Shown in pieces: positions 13,512-25,548 of a DNA stretch of 64,000 bases. The notes under the pieces were generated by a model. It saw nothing but the letters and a program-made list of their open reading frames with translations. It had not been told where the DNA came from and did not search any database. Source of the stretch: Chiloscyllium plagiosum (taxonomy: Eukaryota); contig NC_057718.1 in assembly GCF_004010195.1 (NCBI RefSeq), positions 83,774,624 through 83,838,623 on the forward strand. The letters run 5' to 3'. Made by a program: the position numbers and the translations under genes. Each line of letters starts with the position of its first letter. Positions within the stretch are counted from its first letter, which is position 1.

Positions 13512-15177
13512 ACTTCCTCATCAGAACCACCTGCATGATTCTATTGCCTTGACATGTTCTGGAAAGCAAGGGACAAGATGTTATCCTTGTGTCTTTAACA
13601 CATACCCAACTCGTGCAAATCATTATTTGACTTACTCCGTCTCTTTCTTAAATGTTGCAATGTATTGTTGCCTTCCAAGTTCCTACTTTGCTTTCCCTTT
13701 TTTTGGGCACAGAATTTGAACAATCAGTTTTTTTTTTTCCCTCTTGTTCCTGCAGCAAACAACACGAATCAAAGTTTGGAGTGATATTATGTGATTGAAA
13801 TTGTGGTACTTTGTCTGTTTTTTTGTTCAGTTTTGTGGGACAGCCCTTATGATTTTGTACTTTTTCCTGTCCAATTGTGTTTGGAGTAAATGCACAAGTT
13901 TCTTCCTCTGTATCCACTCACTTGGAATTCTTAATTATCTTTCTTCAATCTCCTCTTCCTCAGTCATGTTCTCCCCATCAGCCAGAGGCAATGTTTTCCA
14001 TGTGACATGTGTTAAGCTAACTGGCCTGTAGTTTCTTCCTTTGCTTTATTCAAAAAAGGAGGTACAATTATGTTGTCTAATTTCTAATCTAAAGAAGCCT
14101 TGCCTGAATCAAATGAGCTTTGGAAAATTAAAACTAAGGCATCAATTATCTCACTAGCCATTTCGTTTAAAACCCTAGAATAAAATGCAACAGGACCTGT
14201 GGACTTGTCAACTTGCAGTTCCACCAATTTACTCAGTACTATGCCCTGGTAACTAATTTTCTTTAAATTTCTCTTTCTTTCCAATTCCTGATGTACAGCT
14301 GTTCTTGGGATATTGTTTGCACCCTCTGTAGTGAAGATCAATGCAAAATATCTGTTGAATTCATCTGCTGCTCTTTATCTTCAACACATGTTTTTCAAAA
14401 CTGTGTTAACTTAGTTTCTTAAGATACTTATAAACAGATGTAAAATGCTTTCTTTTTTATTTTTGGCTAACTTGGTCTTGTATCCTGGTTTTTCATTGCT
14501 TTATTAATCTTGTAGTCTGGACAGAATATTTAAAAAAGCAAACACAATCTTTTGACCTGCCATTTATCTTTGCACAACGATCTGTTTCTTTGAGTTGAAC
14601 ACAACTTTGACTTTTTTAGTGAAACACAGATGGTGGCCCTGTCCCTCAGAACTTTTCTTATTTGTTGAAATGTATCCTGCGCTTTCTACAACTTTCCCTT
14701 GTAAATTTTTGCCACTGCATCTTTATTGACCTTAATTGCTGACTCCCGTTCAGTAACTGTGCTTTTATGCCCTCCATTGTCCTTGTTTAAATTTAAAATT
14801 TAAAATTTGACCCTGCTCTCACTTAAACTGTTACAATGAGGTCAGTAATTTAATTCTGTCTTGGTCAAAACCAGGTTATATAGTGTACTTTGCTGTTGAG
14901 TGGTATAAGATGCTAGTCTAAAAGATTGTCCCAAAAATATTCAATGAGTTTTTTAACTCGATGGTTTTCACACCTGATTTTTAAAAAAAAAATATTTTTT
15001 TTTCCTGTCTGTATGTAGGTTAAAATCCCCCATGGTAATAGCTGTACACTTCAGACAGGCTTCCACTATTTGTTCTTTGATACCCTGTCCTGCTGTATGG
15101 TTACTGTCTAGGGTCCTGTACACAGTTCCTTTAAGTAAACTCTTACCTTTTATTATTGTTTACCTCGATCTTGACTT

Positions 15178-15502
15178 TTAGAACATAGAAAAATACAGCG
15201 CAGTACAGGCCCTTTGGCCCTCGATGTTGCGCTGATCCAAGCCCACCTAACCTACACTAGCCCACTATCCTCCATATGCCTATCCAATGCCCGCTTAAAT
15301 GCCCATAAAGAGGGAGAGTCCACCACTGCTACTGCCAGGGCATTCCATGAACTCACGACTATCCGAGTAAAGAATCTACCACTAACACCTGTCCTATACC
15401 TACCACCCCTTAATGTAAAGCTATGCCCCCTCGTAACAGCTGACTCCATAAGTTCAAAAAGGTTCTCATGGTCAACCCTATCTAAACCCCTAATCATCAT
15501 GT
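15178..15502 (-). mobile_element. Young CR1 3' end
   Basis: MIRGLDRVDHENLF...TRGHSFTLRGGRYRTGVSGRFFTRIVVSSWNAL followed by a 3'UTR ending in (TTCTATG)-type repeats. Confidence 0.9.
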
Positions 15503-17768
15503 GACATACATGTCAAAAATGTTGTAAGGACAGTATCAAACTCATTTTTTTTCAATCGTGGACTATTTCCTCTGGTGGATGTTGATCATCTTCGAATAGT
15601 CACCAACCGGCAGCTCAATCCCATCCTCATCTTCCTGTAGGAGTACAGCTCCAACTCCTATGTCACTAGCATCGATGGCGACTTTAAAAGGTTTTGAACA
15701 GTTTGGTGTTAACTAAAACTGGTTTGGTGGTTAATATTGATTTCAAATGGTCGAATGCCTCCTGGCATGGTTCTGTTCACCGAAACTTTGTCTTCTTCTT
15801 CGGTAAATCGGGTCATGGTCCCACTACATGGCTGGCGTTTAGAACAAACTTCCGAGAGAATCCGCAGAGTCCAAAGAATCGAAGCACCTCTTTCTTCGAG
15901 GTTGGTTGTGTGTGAATTCCTCGCGAGCCTTTGTCTTTGTGTTCTGTGCAGTCAGCGTTCCATGACCAATGTTCTGACCCAAGAACGTCACCTCTCCTTT
16001 CGTGAATTCCATTTTGTTTAAGTTTATCACCAGTTTTGCTTCTCATAGTTGTTGAAAGAGCTCTGCCAACTGTACCATGTGATCTTTCCCGGACTTACTA
16101 AAGATCACTACAACGTCCAAATAGACTACACAGTTTGTTAACCCAGCCATAACTCTGGTCATGGGTCTTTGGAATGTGGCAGGTGTAATCTTCATTCCAA
16201 ACAGCATCACTTTAAACTGATATAGCCCATTTGGGATGACGAACACAGAAATTACTTTCACCGTCTCTGATAAAGCTACCTGCCAGTAAGCACACATTAA
16301 GTCCAACTTTGTCACGTAACTGACTTGTCCAACGTTCTCGATACAGACCTCTAATCTAGGAATTGGATGTGAGTCCGATTTTGTAACAGCGTTGACCTAC
16401 TGATAATCCACGCAGAATCGTTGAGTCCCGTCAGGTTTGGCAACTGAGACAATCAGCTAACTCCGTTTACTCTCTCTTGGTTCGATAATGTCCTTGTCGA
16501 GCATGGCCTCCACTTCCATCTGACCTGGCTGGCTTTGAAAGGTTTAAGCCGATAGGGGTGTTGTTTGATTGGAGCAGTATTCCCCACTGAGCTGAAAATT
16601 TGTTGCTGGAAAAGCGCAGCAGGTCAGGCAGCATCCAGGGAACAGGACAATCGCGTTTCGGGCATAAGCCCTTCTTCAGCCCTTCCTGAAGAAGGACTTA
16701 TGCCCGAAACATCGATTCTCCTGTTCACTGGATGCTGCCTGACCTGGTGTGCTTTTCCAGCAACACATTTTCAGCTCTGATCTCCAGCATCTGCAGACCT
16801 CACTTTCTCCGCAGTATTCCCCACGTCTACTTCATGTATAATATCATTAGTCCTCCCCATCTGATTCTTACATATGTCCTCATACTGGAAAAGCAAACCT
16901 CTCAACTCCATTTCATGTCCTGAGACACATAGCTTACTAACCTATCCCACTCCGCAAAGACTTCTGCATTTTTAAAATCTGCTTTGAGGCACATCAAACT
17001 CCACGACACCTGGATTTGATTCCTCACCCTGTGGAACAGTAACTATTACCTGTTTCTCCAGTTCCCTGTCTCTATAAGGTTTCAACATACTCACATGAGC
17101 TACCCAATACAGGTTTTTTCCATCAGACATCTTTACCAGATGGTTTACCTGACTTAACTTTTTCTCAGTTTGATAGGGACCATGGAACCTAGCTTTGAAG
17201 GGAGCCCCTTCCACTGGTAACAGTACTAACACATCATTCCCACGGGAAAACATCCAAACTTAGGATTTTGTTCTGCTACCTGCTTCATTCTATACTGTGC
17301 CCTCTTCAGGTCCTGTTTAGCTAACTCACCCACTTGCTTTAGTCTCTCCCTCACCTCCGATACATAATCTAAGTGTGACATTTCCAACGTTGGTCCTGTT
17401 AATTTTTCTTTCATTAATGTCAAAGGGCCTCGCACTTCATGCCTGAATATTAACTCAAAGGGAGTGACCCGAGGAGATTTGTTTGTGGTATCTCTAATGG
17501 CAAACAATACAAATGGGATACATTTATCCCAATCATTCGGGTAATCCTGACAGGACACTCCCAACATGGTCTTCAGGGCCTGATGTCTCCTTTCTAAAGC
17601 TCCCTGGGATCCAGGATAATACACACTGGATTTAAAGTGCTGTATACCTAAGCTATCTATAACCTCCTTAAACAGCCTAGCAGTAAAGTTAGACCCTTGG
17701 TCTGACTCGATCTCTCTGGGTAGCCCATACCGTGTGAAGAAAACTACTAACTCCTCTCCCACCAAACA
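15503..17768 (-). mobile_element. Ty3/Gypsy pol fragment with INT-RT-RNaseH order (Gmr1-like), no LTRs
   Basis: In minus reading order: integrase core (SDQGSNF, GALERRHQALKTML, TPFELIFRHEVRGPL), GPY module, RT (PIKQHPYR, RFCVDY, KLDL..YWQV, FGMKITPATFQR, VYLDV), RNase H (FKVAIDASDIGVGAVLLQ). Multiple frameshifts. Confidence 0.9.
16588..16810. mobile_element. Palindromic mini-PLE inserted in the Gypsy pol
   Basis: ~90 bp inverted arms. 14-bp TSD GCAGTATTCCCCAC (16574-16587 / 16811-16824). Confidence 0.92.
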
Positions 17769-18157
17769 CCGACCCATCTAACGAACTCGAGCTATAGTTT
17801 TCCCAGTCAATATCAGGAAAGTTAAAGTCCCCCATAACAACCACCCTATTACTTTCACTCTTCTCCTGAATCATCCTCGCAATCCTTTCTTCTACGTCTC
17901 TCGGACTATTAGGAGGCCTGTAGAAAACTCCTAACAGGGTGACCTCACCTTTCCTATTCCTAACCTCAGCCTCTCCTGCGTGCTTTTACAGGGGGGAAAA
18001 AAAACCTACCCAGGTAAGCTTGTGCTACACCAGCTTCCAGGTCCGCTCTGCGCTTTTTTTAAAAATAAACTTTCAAATTTAAACCGTTAAACAAACGTCA
18101 CCGAGCCTTCAAGCAGCCACTGCCAAACAGTCCTTACCTGCTCCGCGGAGAGAGTGA
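17769..18157 (-). mobile_element. CR1 endonuclease fragment (17769-~17972) plus probable CR1 5'UTR
   Basis: NRVVVMGDFNFPDIDW is a CR1 APE motif. The adjacent CpG-retaining 185 bp is inferred, not proven, to be the 5'UTR. Confidence 0.65.
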
Positions 18158-19134
18158 TAATGGTTTCCTGAATTTAGACCATTTCTCCCTATTGTGCTAA
18201 TATCATCTTTAAATAAAGAGCTATTCTTCCACCATTTTTCTAGCCCCCTGTCATAGCCTTTGATACTCTGATCCCAATCAAGGTCATTCTCCAGCCATGT
18301 CAATTATGGCCAGGAGATCACACTATTTAATCAAATTCTACTACTTGTTCATCTGTTTTGTTTTGCATGCTATATGTATTCAAATACAGTGCGTTAAGTT
18401 GTGCCCTTTTTATTGTTTTTGTAACATCTTGTCTTATTTGCTGATTCTGTCTTAAATCTGAATTCTTTGTCCCTTCCTATTACTGTCTACGGTTTTTCCA
18501 TATTAATTCTTTCCACTGTTTCACTTTCCCCATTGTTTGTTTCACCACAACTTCCCAAATCTGGGCTGTGACCTACATTATTTAGCTTAAAATCTACTCT
18601 ACTTCCCTAGTTATGTACTTGCAAGAACATCAGTCTCAGTATGGATCATCAAGTGGTTCACATCCCACTTTCCCAGCACTGGTTTCGGGCCCCACAAACT
18701 GGAACCCACTTTTCCCACAGGAGTGGTTGAGCCACATGTGGGTTTCTAATTTTGTTTACCCGATGCCAATTTGCCTGTGACTGTGATAATAATTCAGTGA
18801 TTATTACCATTTTGAGGTTCTGCTTAATTTAGAGCTGACCCTGTAGTATTGGCTATGTTGAGCGTCTTTGTTAATTCTACCTACATCATAGGTGTGTCAT
18901 AGAAAATGTCAAGTCCTGAAATCTGGCAATGGGCGCGCAATGTAGCTGTCTGGCCTCTTGATGTTTGCTGTGGAGAATGGCGTCAATCCTCCTGACAGTG
19001 CTGTCCTCTACTACCTTTTGGTTTCCCCTGCTTGGCAGGCTTCCTGTACCATGGTACCATGGTCAGTTAGCTCATCCATTCCACAGGCCCCATTCTCATT
19101 AAAATAATTTGAGAAGCTCAAACCTGTTGGACAG

Positions 19135-21050
19135 TCATTAGAGATGTACAGCATGGAAACAGACCCTTCAGTCCAACTTGTCCATGCCAACCAGATATCC
19201 TAAATTAGCCTCGTCCCATTTGCCAACACTTGGCCCATATCCCCCATCCTTCTCATATACCCATCCAGGTGCCTGTTAAATGTTGTAATTGTACGCACAA
19301 TTCTAACCCTCCTTCTCTTAACTGCTTATTATCTGCCTCCAAATGTGTAATGATATGCTGTTCCAATAAGACACATTAAAATTACATCAACTTAGTTTCA
19401 AAACCACATAGTCTTCTATGTCTGTCTGCTTCCAACTGAAGATCTCCCTGGGTCATCATCTTTCATTTTCCTGCAAGTCTTTTTCATATGAAAAGGTACC
19501 ATTTTAGATAGAGACTGTTTCCTAATTTCTTGGAGAGCCAGAATTTAGTTCTCCCTGCATTTCTGTCTCTATGGCAGTTGCTCTCTGACCAAGTTTCAAA
19601 ACAGCCCCCCCAACATCGATTGTCACATTGGTTCGATGTTGACAAAACAATAAATTCAAACTTGATTGGGTTTTAGTATCCTGGGGCAAATTTTAAACTG
19701 GTTAAATTTGATTTGATTTGTTGTCAAAACAGCGTCACAACCTCAGGTATCCATTTTGCAGCCAAAAGTTACATATTTTCAATTTTCCACTGCTGTCTGG
19801 GACTGCCATTTGTCATTATATTCAGGTGCTTGTAATCTCTCAGTTCAGAACAGCATTCACTCTCTTAAAGTTACAGTATATGCCTTCAACTTCATAACAC
19901 CTCTCATCCTAAACTTCTAGTTCAACACTTTTTTTTTCTTTTCACCCCCCCCACAACCCATACACACACCACACACACACCCCAAAATCATTGTAAGTGG
20001 ACTCAGCGGCACACCACTGGTCACAGGCCTCCAGTCTGAAAAGCAACCATCCTCCATCACCGTCTATATCCAAATGGGTAGTTCTTTCTGTATTCCATAT
20101 GATCTAACCTTGCTACCCAGTCTACCATGGGGAACCTTGTCGAATGCCTTGCTGAGGTCTGTATAAATCATATCCACCATTATGTTCTCATCAATCCTCT
20201 TTGTTACTTCTTCACAAAAACTCAATCAGTTTCGTGATAAGTGATTTCCTGCGCGCAAAGCCATGCTGACTATCCCTGATCAGTCCTTGCCTTTGCAAAT
20301 ACATGTACATCCTGTCCCTCAGGATTCCCTCCAACAACTTGCCCACCACTGACATCAGGCTCACTGGTCTCTGGTTCCCTGGCTTCTCCTTACCACCTTT
20401 TTTAAATAGTGGCACCATGTCAGAGGTCTGGAGGTTGGCTGACAACACACCTGTGACTATCGATAGTACAAATATCTCAGCAAGTCGCTCAGCAATTATT
20501 TCCCTAGCTTCCCACAGAGTTCTAGGGTACACCTGAACAGGTCCTATGTATGTATCCACCTTTGTGCGTTTTGAGACATCTAGCACCACCACCTCTGTAA
20601 TATGGACATTTTTCAAGATGCCACCTTCTAGTTCCCTACATGATGTATCTTCCATGTCCTTCTCTAAGATAAACGCTGATGCAAAATACTAGTTTAGTAT
20701 CTCCCTCATCTTGCAGCTCCACACATCGGCTGCCTTGCTGATGTTTTGAGGAGCCCTATCCCTTGCAGAGACTGATATTACTACACTCCTGCCTTATGAC
20801 CTGCTTCAGCTGTCGTCACACCCTCCCATCCCTGATCACTGACTGTACCTGGTAGAAAGAATCCAGGTGACTTTTTGCCCCCTCGATGCATTAGTGTCTT
20901 AAGTTCAGCCACCAGCTCACAAACAGAGTTGAAGCTGATTGAACTTGAAAGACTTAGACACTTAGTGCAGACATATTTGCCCTGGATTGCAATTGTATTC
21001 TTGATTTCCCACATAATATAGCTTTGACATGCCACCTGCACTGCCATTTT
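19135..21050 (-). mobile_element. CR1 fragments: 3' tail 19135-19275, RT ~19990-20765, ORF1 zinc-finger start 20781-21047
   Basis: VPLFKKGGKEKPGNQRPVSLMSVVGKLLEGILRDR...SQHGF (RT) and MAVQVACQSYIMWE...YVCTKC (CR1 ORF1 N-terminus). Confidence 0.85.
19276..19898. mobile_element. Truncated LTR-like repeat, same family as 57132-57883
   Basis: Collinear similarity to 57300-57883, from ttctcttaactgcttatt to cagaacagcattca..ctcttaaag...gccttcaa.ttcat. Ends in ACA. Confidence 0.65.
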
Positions 21051-24000
21051 TAATGAGATCTTAAAGGAAACAGTTGTTTAGTTGGTATTCACATTTTATC
21101 CTGTGTATAATGTGTTAACTTTACCATATTAACAATGTGAAAACTTGAAATTGGAATAGGCTTCAATCAATTAACAGATGCTCACTCCTGATAAACAGAT
21201 TTTGGTGTCAGGTCTGATATTTGGTTTGACCTCTCTGTCTCACACATTCCCTTTACCAATGAACTTTAGACTTTCTGTGATGTCACCTTTTATTTCCATG
21301 TCAAACTAACTGTCGACCACTCTTCCCGATTATATCAATGTGATGCTGACGACAGACCACGTGGCCCCAGCTGCTTCACTGCAATGCTGACTGCAGGCAA
21401 CTTTGCCCAGCATAATGTTAGCATCTTTCTGTAATTTCCCAGAAGAATTTTGTCTAAATTCTTCCCATTCATTGGTGATCTGTAGACTACACCCAGCAAT
21501 GTAATGGTAACCCCTTTTGTTCTGTCGCTCTAATGACATTGATTCTGTCCTTCAGCCCTCTGAGAGATCCTTTTTCTCCAGTCCTGAAATGCTCTACGTA
21601 ACCAGTGCTGCCAACCCTCCCTTTTTCCACTGCCAGAGTTATTTGGATCATGAAGTTGTATCTCGTCTAGTTTCCCAATCTTTATCTCTTTTGTAAACCT
21701 CAGCTCATCCAAAACTCTCTTTCACTTTGCACCAAGTTACACATGCATGTTGCTGCTTCTTCTCCTTGCTGACTAGCCTGTTGGTCATTTTGTCAGAACT
21801 AAAACTTTTTTCTTCTGTTTTAAAGTCCTGGATAATCCATGTTTTCCCTAACTTTGTAATTTTCTCTTGTCTTGCAAGCCTCTTTGTTTCCCTTCACCTA
21901 CCTATATTTTTGTTCCTTTTGACCTTGGCTTGCTATGCAGCCTCCTCTCCCTAAATGTCTCTTGTGCCACACTCCTTTGTCCCTCTGAAACTAGTTGTAA
22001 AACCCTTCTTTTTGGCCAAGTCTTTGTTTGCCTTTCTGACATCATCATCTTTTGGCTTGCTTTCCATTTATTGTCTGCTTTTAAGAAGCACAGTGGGACA
22101 ATTTTAATGTTAAACATGCTATTGAAATCTTTTTTAATTTGAGGTCTAGTTCTGAATTTTGATCAAAGGTTTTCTTCTGTTTGCAGATTTCTGCTTGACT
22201 ATGCTGATGTGGAAGTGGTCAGGCTTTTTGTAAACTTCACTGTTTCAAATATAGAATCTCCAATTACATTTCACTTAAGCAGTTTTAGATTTGAAAGACT
22301 CAGGATTTGTCTCCTCAGATTCTGCCAAACTTGCATTTCTTCAGCAACTTCTGTTTTTATTTCCTTGCTTTTTGCTGTCTATTGGTGCACATAATTGGAT
22401 ATCTTTTAATAGTTGGATTAACTGTGATATTCACCATGATTACACAATGACAAAACTCTGATGTGAAGAGTGACTACCTGGACAAGTTACTGAATGCAAC
22501 TAGTTTTCATCTATCTGCTTTGCAGAAAGAACCTGCTTTTAAGTTAGAACAAAGGGGAATTTTTTAGGATAGACTGAAGTTCAGGAAGAGAGCAAGTTCA
22601 AAGTTCCTGTCTGATTGATGTCTGAGAAAATCTGAAGATTGCAATCTCTTCCAAGGTAACAGGTCAGCTCCAAAGCTGGACAATGGGTGAAATATTGGAT
22701 TTGTGAAGTCCTTGACTTGAGCATAGTCTCGTTGCCACCTGAAATATTTAGCTTCAAATGGCTGTTGTGAAAATACTTGCTCTCCTATAGTTGCAGATTA
22801 GGAGATGTGAGCTCCATCTAGAAATGGAAAAGCAGTAAATTTGACCTGGTCAGTATTTCTGAAGCATTCCTTCTTTACTAGCTTGGCATCATATGGCAGT
22901 CTTGTGCATATAGGGGGCAATTTTTTTTTTCATATCCAGTGTAAACTTGTAACACATTTCCATCAAATTGCGTGTTGACACCAGTCAAGTGCAAATTTAT
23001 GTTTGCAGCTTAGTAGAATCAGTCAACCTTACTGAAGTTTGTAGATTTTACTGAGGTTCCAGGTAAAGGATCTTATTTTTTTTCAGAGGATAAAAGAGGA
23101 TGAGGTATTTATTCAGAAGGGGAATAAAATATTGCAGGATACGAGACTTTAACCAAATTTGTTTAGTCTCTCAACATGTTGGAATATGACATGGTCTTTT
23201 TGATAACATTCCTGTGAAATACCTCTGTTTCTTCTGTTAAAGGCAGTTATATAAATGGACTTTGCTGATCTAATCATAATTTAAGTCTAACTTTTATCTA
23301 ACTTGTTGCATGACTAGATTTTAATGTGTGGTACTATAATGTGATAAAAATTATACTGTTTATAAATGGAGGACATGAATATTGGCAGAAATTCCACGTA
23401 AAATCTGTCATAAAAATACATGGCTGAGGCATTCTCAAGATTGAAGCTCCACCGCCATTATAATACGCACATAACCAGAAACTTGAGGTTTGAGTCATAT
23501 TTCAGGCTTTGATAGCCGTTGAAGGGGCATTTCTGGCATGGTCAAACACAGGTTGAACATCAATCTGTGAAACCTTGCTTTATATGCCCATATTAGGTGG
23601 TAACAATGAGCTCCTGGTCAACCAGAACTATGTGGTAGCAACAGTGAAACAGCATGCCCATGTTAATAGACTTCATTGACAAGCTACTGTGGCAAGTTCT
23701 TGTTTCAAGTGACTTCCAGAGAGAGAGAAAACATGCCATGAAAATGAAGGGGGAAATCCAGAATCCATAAGAATTTGAACATTTGCTTTCGATTCAGACA
23801 AGCTCAACAGAGAGCCCACTGTGATTTGAGAATTTCTATTTGTTTAACTTGTCACAGGCTGTCCAGTGGTTTTCCAAGTGAATACTAAATATGTAAAATC
23901 TGAAAAATGGATTAGAGAATTGCATTCTGAAGAGGTTCAACTTGTGCTAATATTATTGAAGTTCTTGCACAAGCTGGAACCATCAGGAACATTTAACTTA

Positions 24001-24056
24001 ACAGAGCTTATGATGTAATTAGAGATTCTGTATTTCAATACTGTATTGATTGCTAG

Positions 24057-24522
24057 TTACCCAAATATCAGAAAAGATTTACAAGAATGTTGCCCGGGTT
24101 GGAGGATTTGAGTTATAAGGAGAGGCTGAACAGGCTGGGGCTGTTTTCCCCGGAGCGTCGGACGATGAGGGGTGACCTTATAGAGGTTTACAAAATCATG
24201 AGGGGCATGGATAGGATAAATAGACAAAGTCTTTTCCCTGGGGTGGGGGAGTCCAGAACTAGAGGGCATAGGTTTAAGGTGAGACGGGAAAGATATAAAA
24301 GACACCTAAGGAGCAACTTTTTCACACAGAGGGTGGTACGTGTATGGAGGAAGTGGTGGAGGCTGGTACAATTGCAACATTTAAAAGGCATTTGGATGGG
24401 TATGTGAATAGGAAGGGTTTGGAGGGATATGGGCCGGGTGCTGGCAGGTGGGTCTAGATTGGGTTGGGATAACTGGCCGGCATGGATGGGTTGTTTCTGT
24501 GTTTACATCTCTATGACTCTAT
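24057..24522 (+). mobile_element. CR1 3' end
   Basis: MLPGLEDLSYKERLNRLGLFS...RGDLIEVYK...TRGHRFKV, with tail ctctatgactctat. Confidence 0.93.
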
Positions 24523-24981
24523 AAATACTTAAATTGATAAAGCAATCCATTATATGTGCCTTCAGTACAGATGTTAGAGCTGTCAGTTGCGTAGTTGAAT
24601 GTGGGATTACCAAATGCCTTGTGTGCATTTCATGACCCTCAAATTACTTTGAGCCAGTTACATTCATTACGTTGTATCAAGCACTAATGAAGTGTGAAAT
24701 CTCTCAAACATGGTGCAGAAAACTAAACTGTACTATTTAATGTTTGGTTATTGCATTGCATGCCTTAATGTTGTGACCTAAAATTTTGGAGGATAAAAAG
24801 AATACAGACAAATTGTTGATACGTATTGACAGCTAGCGATCTTGGTGTAGATATTTTTAGATCATGTTGCAATGTGTTTTCTTTAAATCACCCTGGTCAG
24901 GCATGTTATGAAACACCTCTGGAGCAGGCCAGACTTGACACTAGGTGTTCTGGCCCAGAAGTAGAGAAGTTGTCAATATAT

Positions 24982-25233
24982 CTGATAGTGACGCAGTAAT
25001 TGTGATGGGATCAGGGTGATAGTGACGCAATGAGTGTGAGGGATTCAGGGTGATAGTGATGCAGTAAGTGTGATGGGATCAGGGAGATAGTGATGCAGTA
25101 AGTGTGAGGGGATCCAGGAGATAGTGGCGCAGTGAGTGTGAGGGGTCAGGGTGGTAGTGGCGCAGTGAGTGTGAGGGGTCAGGGTGGTAGTGGCGCAGTG
25201 AGTGTGAGGGGTCAGGGTGGTAGTGGCGCAGTA
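24982..25233. repeat. 33-34 bp minisatellite, ~7.5 units
   Basis: Unit gtgagtgtgaggggtcagggtggtagtggcgca. The last three units are identical 33-mers, the earlier ones diverged 34-mers. Confidence 0.95.
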
Positions 25234-25246
25234 AAAGAAAAAAAGT

Positions 25247-25548
25247 GGGCGGCACGGTGGCACAGTGGTTAGCACTGTTGCCTCACAGCGCCAGAGACCT
25301 GGGTTCAGTCTCTGACTCTGTGGAGTTTGCATGTTCTCCCCGTGTCTGCGTGGGTTTCCTCCGGGTGCTCCGGTTTCCTCCCACAGTCCAAAGATGTGCA
25401 GGTCAGGTGAATTGGCCATGCTAAATTGCCCATAGTGTTAGGCATAGGGGTAAATGTAGGGGTATGGGTGGGTTGAGCTTCGGCGGGTCATTGTGGACTT
25501 GTTGGGCCGAAGGGCCTGTTTCCACACTGTAATGTAATCTAGTCTAAA
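25247..25548 (+). mobile_element. tRNA-derived V-SINE (HE1-like) with a small internal deletion
   Basis: gggcggcacggtggcacagtggttagcactg head, V-domain and taatcta tail. Lacks ~20 bp after the B box relative to the 7682 copy. Confidence 0.92.

Larger units (their letters stand above)
8650..13720. mobile_element. Mosaic of very old LINE (L2/CR1-group) remnants
   Basis: Patchy similarity to L2-type ORF2 nucleotide tracts (e.g. 9900-10480 minus, 10640-11060 and 12100-13700 plus). Too decayed to delimit. Confidence 0.4.
13950..19130 (-). mobile_element. Old CR1 LINE (pieces ~13950-15177 and ~18158-19130) hosting a younger composite insertion
   Basis: ORF 14084-14341 (VDKSTGPVAFYSRVLNEMASEIIDALVLIFQSSFDSG) is CR1 RT-proximal. 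APE and ORF1 remnants continue beyond 18158. Confidence 0.75.

Noticed and set aside
16588..16810. Palindromic insertions as DNA-transposon MITEs or miRNA genes
   Set aside because: Arms are asymmetric, TSD length varies (10-14 bp), and the same sequence forms the 3' end of a coding PLE at 38372-39465.
16565..16923. Recurrent short ORFs such as CCWKSAAGQAAS / MPETSILL (also at 39354, 47775, 50566)
   Set aside because: Chance translations of the same non-coding PLE terminus, not a peptide family.
24982..25233. CRISPR-like array or repetitive protein (ATTTLTPHTHC)n
   Set aside because: Head-to-tail minisatellite with no unique spacers, eukaryotic context and no cas genes. The ORF is a by-product of the 33-bp unit.
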